Part shown: positions 24,501 through 38,300 of the stretch, in pieces
Layout: each line of letters starts with the position of its first letter
Numbering within the stretch: the stretch's first letter is position 1
Assembly (NCBI RefSeq): GCF_000150275.1
Contig: NW_002060946.1
Span: 7,905,494-7,969,493 of the forward strand
Reading direction: 5' to 3'
DNA: 64,000 nt
Origin: Trichoplax adhaerens
Taxonomy: Eukaryota; Animalia; Placozoa
The notes under the pieces: generated by a model
The model's database searches: none
Told to the model about the DNA's origin: nothing
The model's input: the letters and a program-made list of their open reading frames with translations, nothing else
Made by a program: the position numbers and the translations under genes

Positions 24501-27500
24501 GCTCGTAAAGTAAATATAACGTGATTCTTTCGAGAAAAATTACGATTACATTACTGTTTGCAGTAAACGATCTCAGCGAAAAATTTCTGGACTGTTATTA
24601 CATGAAAAAGAAAACATTAAATATGGTCGCTGCTTCTATTAATACTCACTGTACTAATTGACGCCTTTTCTAGGGCTTACCGACACTGTTACTGTGAATC
24701 AATTAAATTATAAATGGAAAATTACATCCATCTTGACATAAACGATATAAATACGAAAGTTCTTAGTATGTTATCTTGCCAGTCGTATCGTAGTTTGATA
24801 ATTAATTTGCAATTGTTCTTAATAATGCAATTAATCTGCAATTAAAGAAACTCGATGAACCCCTTCCCCTATACAATGTACATAAAAATGAGGGGGTTAT
24901 GCCGATATCTAAAAGACTTATATTTACCTGTTAATGAAAGGGATTAAAAGTGAAAAGGAATTAAATTTAATCGTAAAGCTGTCTGATATAAAATAATCTA
25001 AAATCTATATCGGAATTAGGTATAAAGCGCTATAGCTTTCAAGAAAACCCTTCGATGATATCAATGCATGCCTTAGAGAAATTAATGTATTCATAATTAC
25101 TCAGGGAAAACTCATTAACTTTACTTTCTCTTATCATCTGACGAACATTTATGACATTAGGCCCCAAGAAAAAGTTTTGTTTAGCTTAATCGATCAGCAA
25201 TTCGTATTATCAGAAATTTTTAATAATGTCGCTACATTGAACAGGTAGAAATATTCACATTTTGCAAGGAAAAATTCTTTACATTACTTTACTGCAGTAG
25301 CCTCGGATAAATATATATTTCATTACGAGTTATTGCCGCATTTACTGGAACGATAAAAATTATGATGATTTATGAACAATGAAATTAATTTTTCTTAACG
25401 CCTGCCGTAAACGACTAAGCTATAACTGCTTTAAGCTCCAACGTTCTACTATCGGAAAATACAAGTTACTGATAGAATATAAATTCAACTCTAATGAAGC
25501 CTTCGTTGAAATAAAATTGCACGACTTTACTGTAGCTTACTGTAATAGCGTTGTAACGGACAACCAATTTCAGATAATAAATGCTAATTAAAGAAGCCTT
25601 TTGGAATCGAAAATCAGGTAACGAAATTTGGAAAAATATTTTTGCGTCTGTGTGGCCTTGCTATAGATGAACAAGGCCTGGTGTTTAATTTCTTGTATTA
25701 AAAGTCGCATTGATTAACAAAGTTTATAGTGCAGTAGAGAGAAAATTAAATGGTCTTATTTTAAAACTAATTTTGCTACATCGGCTCTATAGACCAAAAG
25801 CAGGATCTGCACTAAGGTATATTATACAGTAGCCGATTAATTGAATACAAGCGCTTTACTTGCAGAAAATAAATATTTCATTGACTAAAACTTTTACAAA
25901 TGAAGCAAAAACGTTACCGGAAGATTGAAATTACTAATTTTCCGTGCTATATATTATCGGAGTATGATGAATGAGAATCAGTACTTTAATTGTAAAGCAG
26001 GCAAGATTTTAATTGCCTTGTAGCTTTCAATGCAAATGAAGCAGAAATCACTTTATGAGATTCAAGACTAATTCTCCACTTCAATAATATCGTGATAGAA
26101 ATATTCTGTTTTAGTTGAAATAAGTACCATATTTTGCTTTAAGAAATAGTTTTTTATTCTAAATGCTTACAAATACAGCGAAATCATAGTATAAAACTCA
26201 AAATGAAATTTCTCTGTCTTAGCATTGCTTTAGTTACAATAATAAAAAAAGTTTGATGCCTCCTCTTTTAGCGTAAAAAAGGTTTCTTTTGTTAACCTTA
26301 GGCTGTAGAAAATCTGAATATCATGGCGTTGCAGAGATTCATTTTAGTCTACATTTGCTTACAGTATTTGATGTTCTGGTGATGAGTAAAGAAGAACAGC
26401 GTACTGTAGTTTGAACAACTTGTATATGAATTTTCTCTGTTATTAATTGAAGAATTACTTTGATACTCTTCTTAATCCATCATAAGATACTCCCGAGGAG
26501 ATGCGTGGGACATTTTAGAAAGTTGAAGAAAACGCTTCTTCTTAGCTTAATTATGTTACAGTTCCAATGGCACTTTAAAGATAGTCTCCTCATTTGTTAC
26601 GATCGCCACTCACCAAGCAAATCTAAACAAGAGGGTAAATTGGCTTGTTTACTCATAAAGAAATAAAACTAAAGTTTATATGCCAGGATCTTCTTACAAG
26701 AATAAATTAGCTATCCTGGCTCAATGAAGATAAAAAGATCCATTTATTAGCCAACGTTATTGTATCGAAAGATTGGATCAATAATGGCTATAAAGCTGAA
26801 CAATTAATCGTCCGCTATCATATTTTACAATCGGAACGGATCAATCAATATGAATACAATTTTAACACAGGATAGTTTAAATAATTATGACGTCTAGTTT
26901 ACAAATTAATTAATCAATAAAAAATAAAATATGAACAATAATTCATTATTAAGTTAATAAACGTAATTATTTCAAAGCTATGAACAGACTTTGACTGTGG
27001 ATATGAAGCAAATCAGAATAAACTAACTAGAATAAGAAAGTAATTAACGTTAGACTTTACAATTAAGTTTATTTGATATTGTCTAACATTTGTTGCCATT
27101 TGAGTTTCACTGTTAGCGCCTTCTATCAGCAACAAATTGCGATCATCGATGTATCAACATAGAAGGAAGTGTTTTTTATAGACAATTCTCCCTTTTAAAC
27201 GCCACTGTGTCTAGCAATCATCATCGTCACAATAAAATTCGACGAAAATCCAATTTTTTTAATAGAATCAGTCTGTTTTTTCTCTATTGAATTGTTTTCT
27301 CATCCATAGAAACAGAAAGGCTTATATCATTTATTTCCGTGGCAGATATTATTACCTTGGATTCGAATTATCCTTTTCCAACGGGTAGGATCATAGATCA
27401 GTAAATATTACCTGTCAAAGTTTGTCGATTTCAATTTTCGTCTTACTTTCCTAAACAGAATCCCTACTATTAACATTAAACTCTTAACATTACAATAAGA

Positions 27501-27812
27501 AAGAGGTAAGAAGAAATTTTAAAGTGGAAAAGTGTATCAAGTCAGATCGAAATGAAGCTTTAAGACAAATTTACGCCACTATTGATGAGAGTTTTTTTCA
27601 AGAAAATTCTTCATAAATGTTGTTATCCTTTGCTACTTAAAAGAGATACAAAAATTTTATATTGATTAACGACAGTTAAATAACAGAAGTTACACGAATG
27701 ACACTGTTGACAACTTATATCATTCTTAATTAGAAAACAATATCATTCAGTTATAAGAATTTCAACGGATATTAACTTCATTTCATAAACAATTAGTAAT
27801 TCAAGCCGCACC

Positions 27813-28841
27813 ATGCCCACTCCGGATGTCAGTTTTAATAACAAATCAATTCAGTCTATGCCAACCATCCCTACATTGGCAGTACAACTTACTGCTTCGA
27901 TACCATCGGCTATAATCTTCATTTTTGGAATAACTGGCAATCTAGCTATCATCATAACCATGATTCGATATCACAAAACTAAAAGTAAAGAACGTTTCTT
28001 TTGTTTAATTGGCAATCTAGCAGGATACGACATTTTCATTCTACTCTTTTCAATGACCCTTAAAATGACAAATTACTTTATTACTTGGCCTTTTGGATCA
28101 TTTCTATGCCATATCTACAACGGCTTTCAAAGTTACTTTATGGCTGGCTCTGCTATCACAATGACATTTATGGCACTAGAGCATTACCGTGTTGTAATCA
28201 AAGAAGTGAATGCTTATAGCAAAAGTAGCGGAAAAATTATTATTACCGTAGTGATAGCGCTAACAGCATCTATTTGTGCTTGTCCTAGCATTATCTATTC
28301 CAAGTATGTATCTCACTCAGAATCTTCAGTAAAATGCTTCATTCAATTTTTTCAAGATCTTAACCAAGATAAAATAGTATGGCAAACTTATCGAAATTGT
28401 CGTTATGTTATTTTCTATCTCTTTCCACTTATTGTTGTTGTAACAACTTATTTTCAAATGTTACTAACATTGAATCGATATTCAAGGACGTCTTTGGCAG
28501 AATATCATTTAACGAAGGTCAAAGAGCAGAAAAATATCATGAAAATGATTTTATATACCAACGTAACATTTGTCATTTGTTGGACACCTTATTTTATGTA
28601 TGGTTTCATTGTCTATTTCAATCATACGGTTGATGATGGCATACAACTACATCGGCTAATTCGAGTAGCTTGTGAACTAATTGCTTATATCAACAGCGCT
28701 ATTCATCCATTTATCTACGCTAAATATATGCCAATATGTCGACAAGCATTATATCGCCTTTCATGTTTTAGACAATCGCCATCGTCAAATTCAAACTGTG
28801 AATCAAGTACTAGTCACCATGTTACGGTAACCAGTTGCTGA
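27813..28841 (+). CDS. Intronless class A GPCR, 342 aa; distant paralog of the 47.0/51.9 kb receptors
   Basis: 7TM with GN, NLAGYD, TWPFGSFLC, ALEHY (DRY variant), CWTPY and HPFIY (NPxxY variant). TM1 and ECL1 align by eye with the 51895 receptor. Confidence 0.9.
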   Translation: MPTPDVSFNNKSIQSMPTIPTLAVQLTASIPSAIIFIFGITGNLAIIITMIRYHKTKSKERFFCLIGNLAGYDIFILLFSMTLKMTNYFITWPFGSFLCHIYNGFQSYFMAGSAITMTFMALEHYRVVIKEVNAYSKSSGKIIITVVIALTASICACPSIIYSKYVSHSESSVKCFIQFFQDLNQDKIVWQTYRNCRYVIFYLFPLIVVVTTYFQMLLTLNRYSRTSLAEYHLTKVKEQKNIMKMILYTNVTFVICWTPYFMYGFIVYFNHTVDDGIQLHRLIRVACELIAYINSAIHPFIYAKYMPICRQALYRLSCFRQSPSSNSNCESSTSHHVTVTSC

Positions 28842-30028
28842 CATGAATTCAATCCCAATCAAAAGCATGCTATTCTGACTATTTTGAGTAGGTTATTATT
28901 TTACTAGTACTGAACTTAGTAGACAATATCCTTATCATTTTATATCAGTTTCTATTAATTCACTATATGTGCTAGGTAATACTAAACGAAACTTTAACTT
29001 GAAATAACAATCAGATCTTACTCTTAGACGTGCATTTGTACAGTACACTTACACAATTTAGCAGATTTTGAAAAATTTATAACCAATAGTTGTCGATTTT
29101 TTACTGTCATTATAATAAATAAATCAAAAACCGTACTCGATAATAATACACCGTGTTCATTAAAATAATTTGTATTTTAATAACTCCAATGGTTCTTCTG
29201 AAACATATGAGATTCAAATAAAACTTATTTTAATGACCATAATTCGGACTGGTATTTCTAGTAAACAGATATCATTGTTTTGTATTGATCGACATCGACT
29301 ATACGAATAGCTTGCATTTAATGTTTTTGGTGATATTAATAAGCTACCTAATAAACAATCCAGAATACTACCGTCAAAACAGACGGTAACTTACAAAATC
29401 AATTAGGTGATCAGCGAAGAAGTAGCATTTAACGATATCATATCAGATCTCGTTGTAATCTACAGTATTGTCCATATTTAGAAATGTTTAGTACGTGATT
29501 AAGAACAAAATTAGAGTTCTTCAAGTATTAAACAAATCAAATAATAAATATTGTAAATATATATGAATCAAATTTTTAATTTAAGTCATTACTCTATACC
29601 TTAGTAATGGCGAAAAAATAAATTTAATGCAAACTGTGTAAGTTAAGCAAGATCGTTAAACGAACAACTCATTTTTCTATCAATAGTACGTAGTAAAATA
29701 AATTTGACAATTAATAGATCATCATCGTAATAATACTGCAATTTTTAAGTAATTAAAATTTAATAAATAGCAGCTATGAAGGCATCATCAGAAAAATGCC
29801 GTAAAAGAGCAACAAAGTTTGATTTCAATTAATATATGCCTTAAAAATACGACTGACAATCTAATTAAAACTAATGCAGGCAAATATTAATTATTGATTT
29901 AAATTACAGAGCGTTTGTGCCTTAATAATTTGCAAAATAAAGACTTTCATTATTGAGGCATCAATATCTAAGAGCATTAATATCTACTTAATAACATAGT
30001 CCTTTTTCTTCATAGATCAAAATAACTG

Positions 30029-32854
30029 CTAAAGGATAACAGCCGTATTATCAGGACCGCAAAAAATATCTTGCGCTGCATCTTTCAAAGGCACCTAATA
30101 TCGTTGGCACGCGTGAAATAATTGAAACTTAATCCATGACAATTATCGAAATCATAATTATCATTCACCTATACCTATAGTAATAAAGCATTCTAATTTT
30201 GTGTCGTCTCCAGTGCACTGCACAAGATACAAAACTTACATGACATGGCGCAAAAGCATCTTCATCGTTACCTATACCAAGTTTACCAAAAGAACCTCTA
30301 CCCCAAGTATAGACTTTTCCAGTGTCTAGACATAAAAGATAGGTTTGCCCGTAAATAAAAAGTTATTTGCAACACATTATTACTAAAATGTACCAGATAG
30401 TGCAACTGCATGATTTATGCTGCATGCAATTTTCTTCACTTTTGCTCCATCTGGAAATCGAATTAACCGCGGTTCACGACAATCCATGATCTCGTTACCA
30501 ACTCCCAATGCACCAAATCCCCACACAAATACATTACCCGTCTCTATCGATGTGAAATGAGTAACAACTTAACATTTGATCATGCAACCTCAGAATTAAA
30601 GCTTTAACTCATCTCCCTTTAAACCCTACCAGTGCATGCTAAACAAAATGAACCTCCAGCTGCTACTTGTACAATCTTCTCCTTTATGCAGTCTAAGCTT
30701 ATACGTTTGGGAAGACAAATCTAAAGTTTATAAATAATTTTAAAGAAGCAAGCGATGAGACAGACTTCAGTTAACATAAGTTTTCATTATCAAGTGCTTG
30801 GGTCTGAAGACTCCAAAATAGAAAAAAGGCACCTGCTTTGCATCATCATCAAACTGTAGCTGACTATATTCTGTATCACCCCAACCATAGACAGAACTAT
30901 CATCTATTTCAAAGATAACAAGAAAATTACTGGATTGCTATACGTACAATATTGCTTTACATAATCAAAACACTCATATCCCAGACCTGCTAGAGCTAGC
31001 ACAGTATCAGCTGAAGTGGCTATATGGACGATTGTTTTGTGCTTTAGCTCTCCTTCAACACAGGTAAATTGGTAAATATTTTCATGTTTTCCCAATCCTA
31101 CGCGATAGAACAAATTCATTATACAGTAAATCTATTAAATTAGAGACGATAGGAATCAACAGCAGGCAACAATTATCCTCTAGCATACTTGCGAAGTGTT
31201 AAGTACTTGCCTGATTGGCCGTCGCTGCTTAAACCACAGGAAAATACCTGGCCATCGGTTGTAACTAATAAACTATGATCCAGTCCACAGCAAATCTGTC
31301 AACGATACAAAATTAGTAAGTATATTGTAAGCGCTTATTATATGAGAACTAAAATGAAAGCATTCAAAATTTCAAATACCTGTTTGAAAGATAAATTGGG
31401 TAAAGACTCTAATTGCGTAAACCTTGTGACCTCTGGCTCATGCGATTTCCTATAGAAAGACATGACATGCGAGCAATTAAAGAGGAGCTCAATTCCAGCA
31501 ATGTTTCTCCTTCCATAATTGTAAAATTCAGTAATAATTACGGGTATCAGTAAGCAATATTTACTGGTTAATTCCGCATTGACCAAACAAATTGTTACCA
31601 GCTGCATAGACTAAAAATGCAAAAATACAATGCATTACTAGAAGTTACTACACGATATAATGTAGCAAGTTGCACAATGTACATATAACTTTCCAGAAAC
31701 ACTGTTCACATTAATTAACTGGTACAAATACGAAACGGAGAAGTAATGGTGCTTTAGATAGCTCAACATTAGTCACAACAGAGCATTATAAATCGATCTT
31801 AAAATAATATTATATCTAGTCAGAATGCCTTGCAATCGTTGTCAATATGATTATCAAAAAGCTACATTGGTAGTAGTTGATTGTATTCAATTAAAGTAAT
31901 ACCAATTTGGCTTGTATGTTACTAAGCATTACCATAGTAAAGTTAATTTGATACCTTGATTGTTTGTTGTTAAGATTAAAGAATGACTTCTTCCACAAGC
32001 AACTTGTTGAATAGGAAAGTTATGAGGCATTTCGACTGATCTTATACCTGAAATAGAACGAGCGTTAGCGATTATTAATTACCATTATCCATGAACAATT
32101 AAATTGGCTATTTCTTCTGATATCCATTAAACGATCGCGTAATAAAGGATACTAAAGCTAGTTTGACAATTAGTGCGCAACCTTCAATACATTCATTTTC
32201 AGATGCCGGTAATCCTAGCTGTGAACGTAAATTTAATCCAGTAACAAGCACATCAGACGTTGCATCTGCCATAATAAGATAGTTATAGCCAATGCCAAGG
32301 CTAGTAATCTGTCCGGTAAGAGAGTGCAATTAGGAACTTTATAAATTAACTCTTATGCAAACAGCATCCAATTTAAACTTATGCGTACAATCAAGCAAAC
32401 TTGTCACCAATATTGTAATCTTTTTTTTTTAATCTATAAGGAAATATCTGTAGAACTAGTGCGACTGACCAATAACGAGAGTCCAACAAGGCATCTTGTT
32501 CAATTACTAAATGCTGAATTTGATGCAATGCCTCAAGCAAACTAATCTCTAGTATTCCATACGTTGTATTTATGTCATTCATTGCAGCTATACCTGTGGT
32601 GAGTCCAGAAGCATCGGTTTAGCAATATACTGTGTACTTAAAGTGCCATCAACCTTTTTTTCTACCAAATTCTGGCCTAAAATACCGCTATCAGCAGCCC
32701 CCCAGAGATAAACTCGACCTGCACGAATGGCTGCTGATGATATTGAACGGCAATTAACAGCAGCTATCCTTGTCGTAGTAGCGCTGCATCGTAATCCTCG
32801 TGGACAAAGATGTAACACCTTGGTCATTGTAGTTAACTTGTTCCATAGTACCAT
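30029..32854 (-). CDS. RCC1L: RCC1-like mitochondrial protein (WBSCR16/RCC1L), about 12 exons
   Basis: Exon 1 (32854-32594) has an Arg/Ser/Thr-rich, acid-free presequence, then RVYLWG. RCC1 repeats follow: QVACGRSHSL, AGNNLFGQCG, ICCGLDHSL...VFSCGLSSDGQSGLG, VYGWGDTEYSQL, VAAGGSFCL...GNVFVWGFGALG, VYTWGRGSFGKLG. Last exon VPLKDAAQDIFCGPDNTAVIL*, stop at 30029-30031. Confidence 0.88.
31098..31210 (-). other. Non-canonical GC-AG intron in RCC1L
   Basis: Minus-strand donor CAG|GCAAGT and acceptor CGTAG|GATTG. Only this donor yields the conserved DGQSGLG; the nearby GT 4 nt downstream is out of frame. Confidence 0.8.
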
Positions 32855-33009
32855 CCTAAAGACTTCAAGTTTTGCAATTTTAATGGATAAGCTTAATCGC
32901 AGGTAGTGATGAAAGTAATAGCCAATGTTTAACGAGTAGTTACCATAGCGAATAGTTCGACGATGAGCATTTTATTCTTAACCTTAAATCCTTAATTACT
33001 CAGCTTCTT

Positions 33010-33220
33010 TAGTACGGCTCGGCTCGGTTCGGTACGGTGCGGTATTTACTTGGACAGAGTTGGACTCAGTACAGTACTGTACTGTACAGTACAGTGTACA
33101 GTATAGTATACAACGTAGAGTACATAGTACTGTGGTGCTGTACTGTAAGATACAGTACCATGTTAGTGATCCGGCTGAGACTAGTGGTCTAAATGGTCTG
33201 ATGTGGTCCGGTCCGGACCC
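33010..33220. repeat. Pentamer cluster (CGGNN and CAGTA/CTGTA) immediately upstream of RCC1L
   Basis: tacggctcggctcggttcggtacggtgcggta and cagtacagtactgtactgtacagtacagtgtacagtatagta, plus ggtccggtccggacc, located 150-370 nt 5' of the RCC1L ATG. Confidence 0.8.
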
Positions 33221-33832
33221 GAGTCTGCAGAATGGAATGCAAAGTATCATGGAGCATGTCTGCCTCCAAGTTAAGGCAACAGCTGTCTAACGAAAACATG
33301 AATAATATGACCGATCTTGGTCCTACTGCATGTATTTATACTATAATTAGTAGTAGCAGTCGTTATACCCTAATATAGATTCAATCTAGCTATTTACACA
33401 TCAAGAACTACTCATGGCAATTACCGTGACACTACAATTTTTCTGGAAATACAGTCGTAGAGCAGACTTTTTATCTCTATGCAGTTTGACTAACTTTATT
33501 GTGAGTTGTAGCAGTAGAGCAGAATAAGATATAGTCGATAAACATACTCTACAGAATTGGCGTAACTACTTTGAAAACGATGATACCTAACTTGTTGACA
33601 ACGTGAAGACTGTTAACAATTTAACGTAACTTCTACTGTATTTTAAGATCAAAATTAGCTACCATATTGATCATAATCAAAGCATGGGTGTTATACTAAC
33701 TAAATACTGTATACAGCTTGACTGGTATTCTTACGTTGTATAATTCTAAACAGAATGATGTTGCCGAATAGTAATAAATTCTAGCCTGAAGCTACAATAG
33801 TTTTACAGTGCACAATCTTGAACGAGAGTTCC

Positions 33833-34335
33833 AAGAATTAACCATCATTACAAACTATACGGGTATATCACCAAACTACAACGACATTGCTACAATAATT
33901 ATAAAAATTAACTGTTATTGCATGCAGTATATGCATATCACCTAACTAAAACAATATTGCTAGATTAATTATAAGGATTAGCTATCATTATATATATCAC
34001 CAAACCACAACGACATTGCTAGAATAGTGATAAGAATGAACCATCATTACATATATATGTTATATACATGTTACGGAAAAACGTAACTACAACGATTTGC
34101 TAGCATAATTATAAAAATTAACCATTATTACACACTGTATGTTACCGTAACATATATACATATAAAATAATAAGAATGAACCACTATTACACATGCAGTA
34201 AATATATATTACCAAACTAAAGTGACATTGCTTGATTAATTATAAGAATTAGCCATCATTACATATATATATATGTTATATATCACCAAACTACAACGAC
34301 ATTTGCTAGAATAATTATAAAGATTAACTATCATT
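33833..34335 (+). repeat. Degenerate minisatellite, about 7 units of 59-81 bp
   Basis: Recurring core ATATCACCAAACTACAACGACATTGCTAGAATAATTATAAGAATTAACCATCATTAC with variable TA-rich linkers; anchors near 33833, 33903, 33973, 34032, 34113, 34172, 34243 and 34319. Confidence 0.85.
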
Positions 34336-34389
34336 TCATATGTAATTGGCCATCCAAAAATATCAAAATGATTCTAATCTTTGCTTATC

Positions 34390-34504
34390 CCCTCTCGGCT
34401 GATTTGTCAACTATTATACAATTGCGCGTGTTGAAAAGGTACTCTAATTGACAATATTTTAAAATGTTATCGTTGTATAATAGTCCAAGTATCACCCGAG
34501 AAGG
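34390..34504. mobile_element. Possible small MITE relic (imperfect ~32-bp terminal inverted repeats)
   Basis: Left arm CCCTCTCGGCTGAT...ACTATTATACAA pairs with right arm TTGTATAATAGT...ATCACCCGAGAAGG. No clean TSD. Confidence 0.4.
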
Positions 34505-35386
34505 TACTGTATAATCACATACTTTGCTCTAGATAAATGAATATATATGTTACGTATGTTATGTATACATATCCATTTATAATACGTGCATTGTTACTAA
34601 GTTTGATTATGGTACAATAACTATACTAACTTCTAAAGCAAATTATAATAGCAGCCTAGACAAATAAAAATAGGTAGCATAGATGTACATGAATTGAGTT
34701 TATCTTGAAAATATCTACATATGCCTTCTCCATCATCATAACTGCTTTCCGATGAATATTTTTAGCCGTTAATCACCACGGAAGGACTTAAAATGATGAT
34801 AATATATCAGTACACAATATTTCTTTTATTGGCAGAATGATCTAATTCCGATGTCAGCTATGTGGTAGTTACCTATAGTAATTACCGGATTTCAACTAAT
34901 TCCATCATTGTTTTTGCTATACTACGCGTTCTTACTGAATTGTCACCTGAATGCCAATATACACCATGCAGTGGGCATGTGATTATTCAAATAATTTGAA
35001 TAATTTTTATTATTGCGTAAGAGGGAGCCGTTAACCCAATAAAAGATGCCATGAATAATTAATTAACTTTGCTAATCAATTGCTTTTTCAACTCCTTGTT
35101 ACGATAGGCTGTAGTTACAAGTAACGTGAAAGTTATGTGAACTAGCCAGTTGTAACTTGTAACTGTGCCTAGTAGTAATCGAAATTTTACTTTCTTCGAC
35201 AAGGCACGAACTTTAAAGGTCATTTTACTACATATAATTCTTTTAAGATATTGCTTCAACTATTCAAAACCATCTATAATTATGATAACGTGAAGAAATG
35301 AAACAACAATAATGTTGACGTCAATTATTCCCACTGTAATGTGATAGCTGATATTGCTATCAAAACTTCTACAGACAACGCCAGCA

Positions 35387-38300
35387 ATGAACGTCAAAAT
35401 CAAAAACAGAAGTCAACATGCGATCGCCAATGAAAATTTTAATAATGGTAACTACCAAGCTGCACTTACATTGTACATGCAAATACTGGAGGACTGTCGC
35501 AAAGTTGATCATCAAATCGACAAGGCAACCCAAGCAGATCTATGTAATGCCAACTTAAATGTTGCCAAAGCCCACTGTATGCTTTATCATAGCCAACAAG
35601 CAAATCACTTTTGTTGCCAATCACATCAATTAGCTAAGCAATTAACCGATAATCACTTAATAGTAGCCGAATGCCATGATTGCTCTGGTGATATTAAAAG
35701 ACTGGCTGGTCGATATTGTGAAGCATTGGTAGAATATCAAGAATCGTTTAGTACTAGAATTAGCGTCAAAGGAGAAGACAATCCGAGTACGGCAAAGTCA
35801 TTTAACAAAATTGGTAAAATACTTTATTTACAACAAAAATATAATGAATCTCTTCACATGCAGCAAAAAGCACGTAATATTTTATTACTACAAGTAGATA
35901 ACAACAATATTCCAAACATCGATATTGCCGAAGTTTATTCCGATATTGGAATGGTTTACATGTCACAAGGAAATTTATTAGATGCAAGCATTCTATTTGA
36001 GAAATCGTTACTCGTTATTATTAAAATATTAGGAGAGAATAATCTACGAGTAGCGGATATATATAATAAACTTGGTTCGGTTTATTTAATGCAAAATCAA
36101 TTAGAAGAAGCTACAGCTATGTTTAAAAAAGCTACTAATATAATTAATGAGATAATCGGTCTGAATACTTTAGAAGCAGCTACGACTTTTAATAACTTTG
36201 CTAGAATTCAACTAGCGCAAGGCAAATACGACGAAGCCGAATTAATGTGCTCAAAATCTTTGAGTATACAAATAGTACGATTAGGGAATAATCATTTAAA
36301 AATCGCAGAAACCTATACAACTCTAAGCCAAGTGTATAAAGGAGTCAAGAAATACAATGAAGCAATAGATGCCCTACAAAAAGTCATAAACATGCAGCGT
36401 ATGATATTAGGCGATAGGCACTTGATCATTGCAGAATCTTACTTTAATATAGGTGAAATTTACGACTTACAAGCCAGCTATGACGATTCGCTATTATTTT
36501 ATCAAGTATGTTTAAAAATTCGACTAGAAATTAGTGGGGATATGGATGAAAATGTGGCCAAAACCTATCATCGTATCGGATTAGCCCAGTTCTCACTAGG
36601 AGAATATAACAATGCTCTAAATCACTATCATCATGGATTACGATGCTATCTAGAAATGATTGGATTTCAGAATTTAACTGTAGCTTCATTACTTAATGAT
36701 CTTGGATTTGCTAATCAAAAGTTAGAAAATTATAACGAAGCAATTAGCGTTCATTCTCAAGCTATATCCATACAACGGCGATTGCTGGGTCAATGCAATT
36801 CATCTTTAGCTTCATCATATAATAGCATTGCAATAGCTTATCAACTGAATGGCAACTTTAACCAAGCTATATGCATGCTACAGAAAAAATTAAAAATTCA
36901 GTTAGTATTACTGGGAAAGAACGATACAAAAATTGCTAATACATACAGCAATCTCGGATCGTTATATCAACTACAAGGTAAATATGTTGATGCATTAGTT
37001 ATGTATAAAAAGTGTAAAAAAATTCTACTCAAAGTCTTGGGTAATAACAATATAGATTTAGCAGAATCACACCGTAATATAGGATTCATTTACATACTAC
37101 AAGGTCGATATGACGATGCAATGTCATTACTTAGGCAAAGTTTACAAATTTATTATGAAAAACTAGGCCAAAATGATTTAGAAGTAGTTAAAGTGTATGA
37201 GAATATCGGATCAATATACAATTGCCAAAGAGATTTCAGTAGCGCATTAGGAGCCTACCGGAAATGTTTAGCAATAAAGCTAACGCTGTTAGGAAATAGT
37301 CATTTTGATTTAGCGGTGACTTATAGCGATATTGCTTCTATTTATTATTCAATTGCTCAATTCGATCAAGCTCTAGATTCTTATGAGAAATGTTTAAAAA
37401 TTCAAGAAAACCATCTTGGTCTCGATCATTTACAAGTAGCAACAACATATTATAATATTGGAAAGATATATTATCTACAAAACAAGCAAGATACCGCTTT
37501 AGCTATGTATAACAAGTGTAAAAATATCCAACTGAAAAGTCTTGGCGAAAAAAATCCTACCATTGCTAAATTATATATCAGCATAGGATTAGTACATGTA
37601 TCGAAAGAGCAATATGAAGATGCTATGTTGTTATATCAGAAAGGATTAGCAATTCAAATAAAATATTTGGGTAGTAATAATTCGCAGACTGCATCGACTT
37701 TATCAAATATAGCATCAGTCTACAAAGCTCAAAATAAATTTGATGACGCTATATCTTTATATAACAATTGTATTTCTATCGAAGAAGAATTATCGGGTGA
37801 TCATCATGGATGCATGATAATATTATATCAAAATTTGGCCTCAACCTATGAATCATGCGATAAATTAGACGATGCAATCAAGGCATATCACAAATGTTTA
37901 AATATTCAACAACACCTATTTGGAGAAAATAGTCTCCACGTCGCTTCCACATTTAATGATATTGCTTCCATTTACGTCAAGCAAAGCAAGCACAACGATG
38001 CAGCATTTCAATGTGAAGAAAGTATTAAGATACTTAATAAAGCTCTTGGAGATAAGAGTCTACTAGTTGTAACTATGTATAATAAATTAGCAAATATTTA
38101 TGCAGAACAAGGGCACATAGATAAGGCTTTAACCACATTACATCAGAGTCTGGACATCTTTCTAGCACTTCGAAAAGAAAAAAGCTCCAAAAATGAAACT
38201 ATTTTATTTCGAGACGCCTTAGAATGCAAACAACAATTTAAATGTTTTGATCAGATGTCATTATTACAAAAGACCGTCGATATTCAACAGAATTTTTTGG

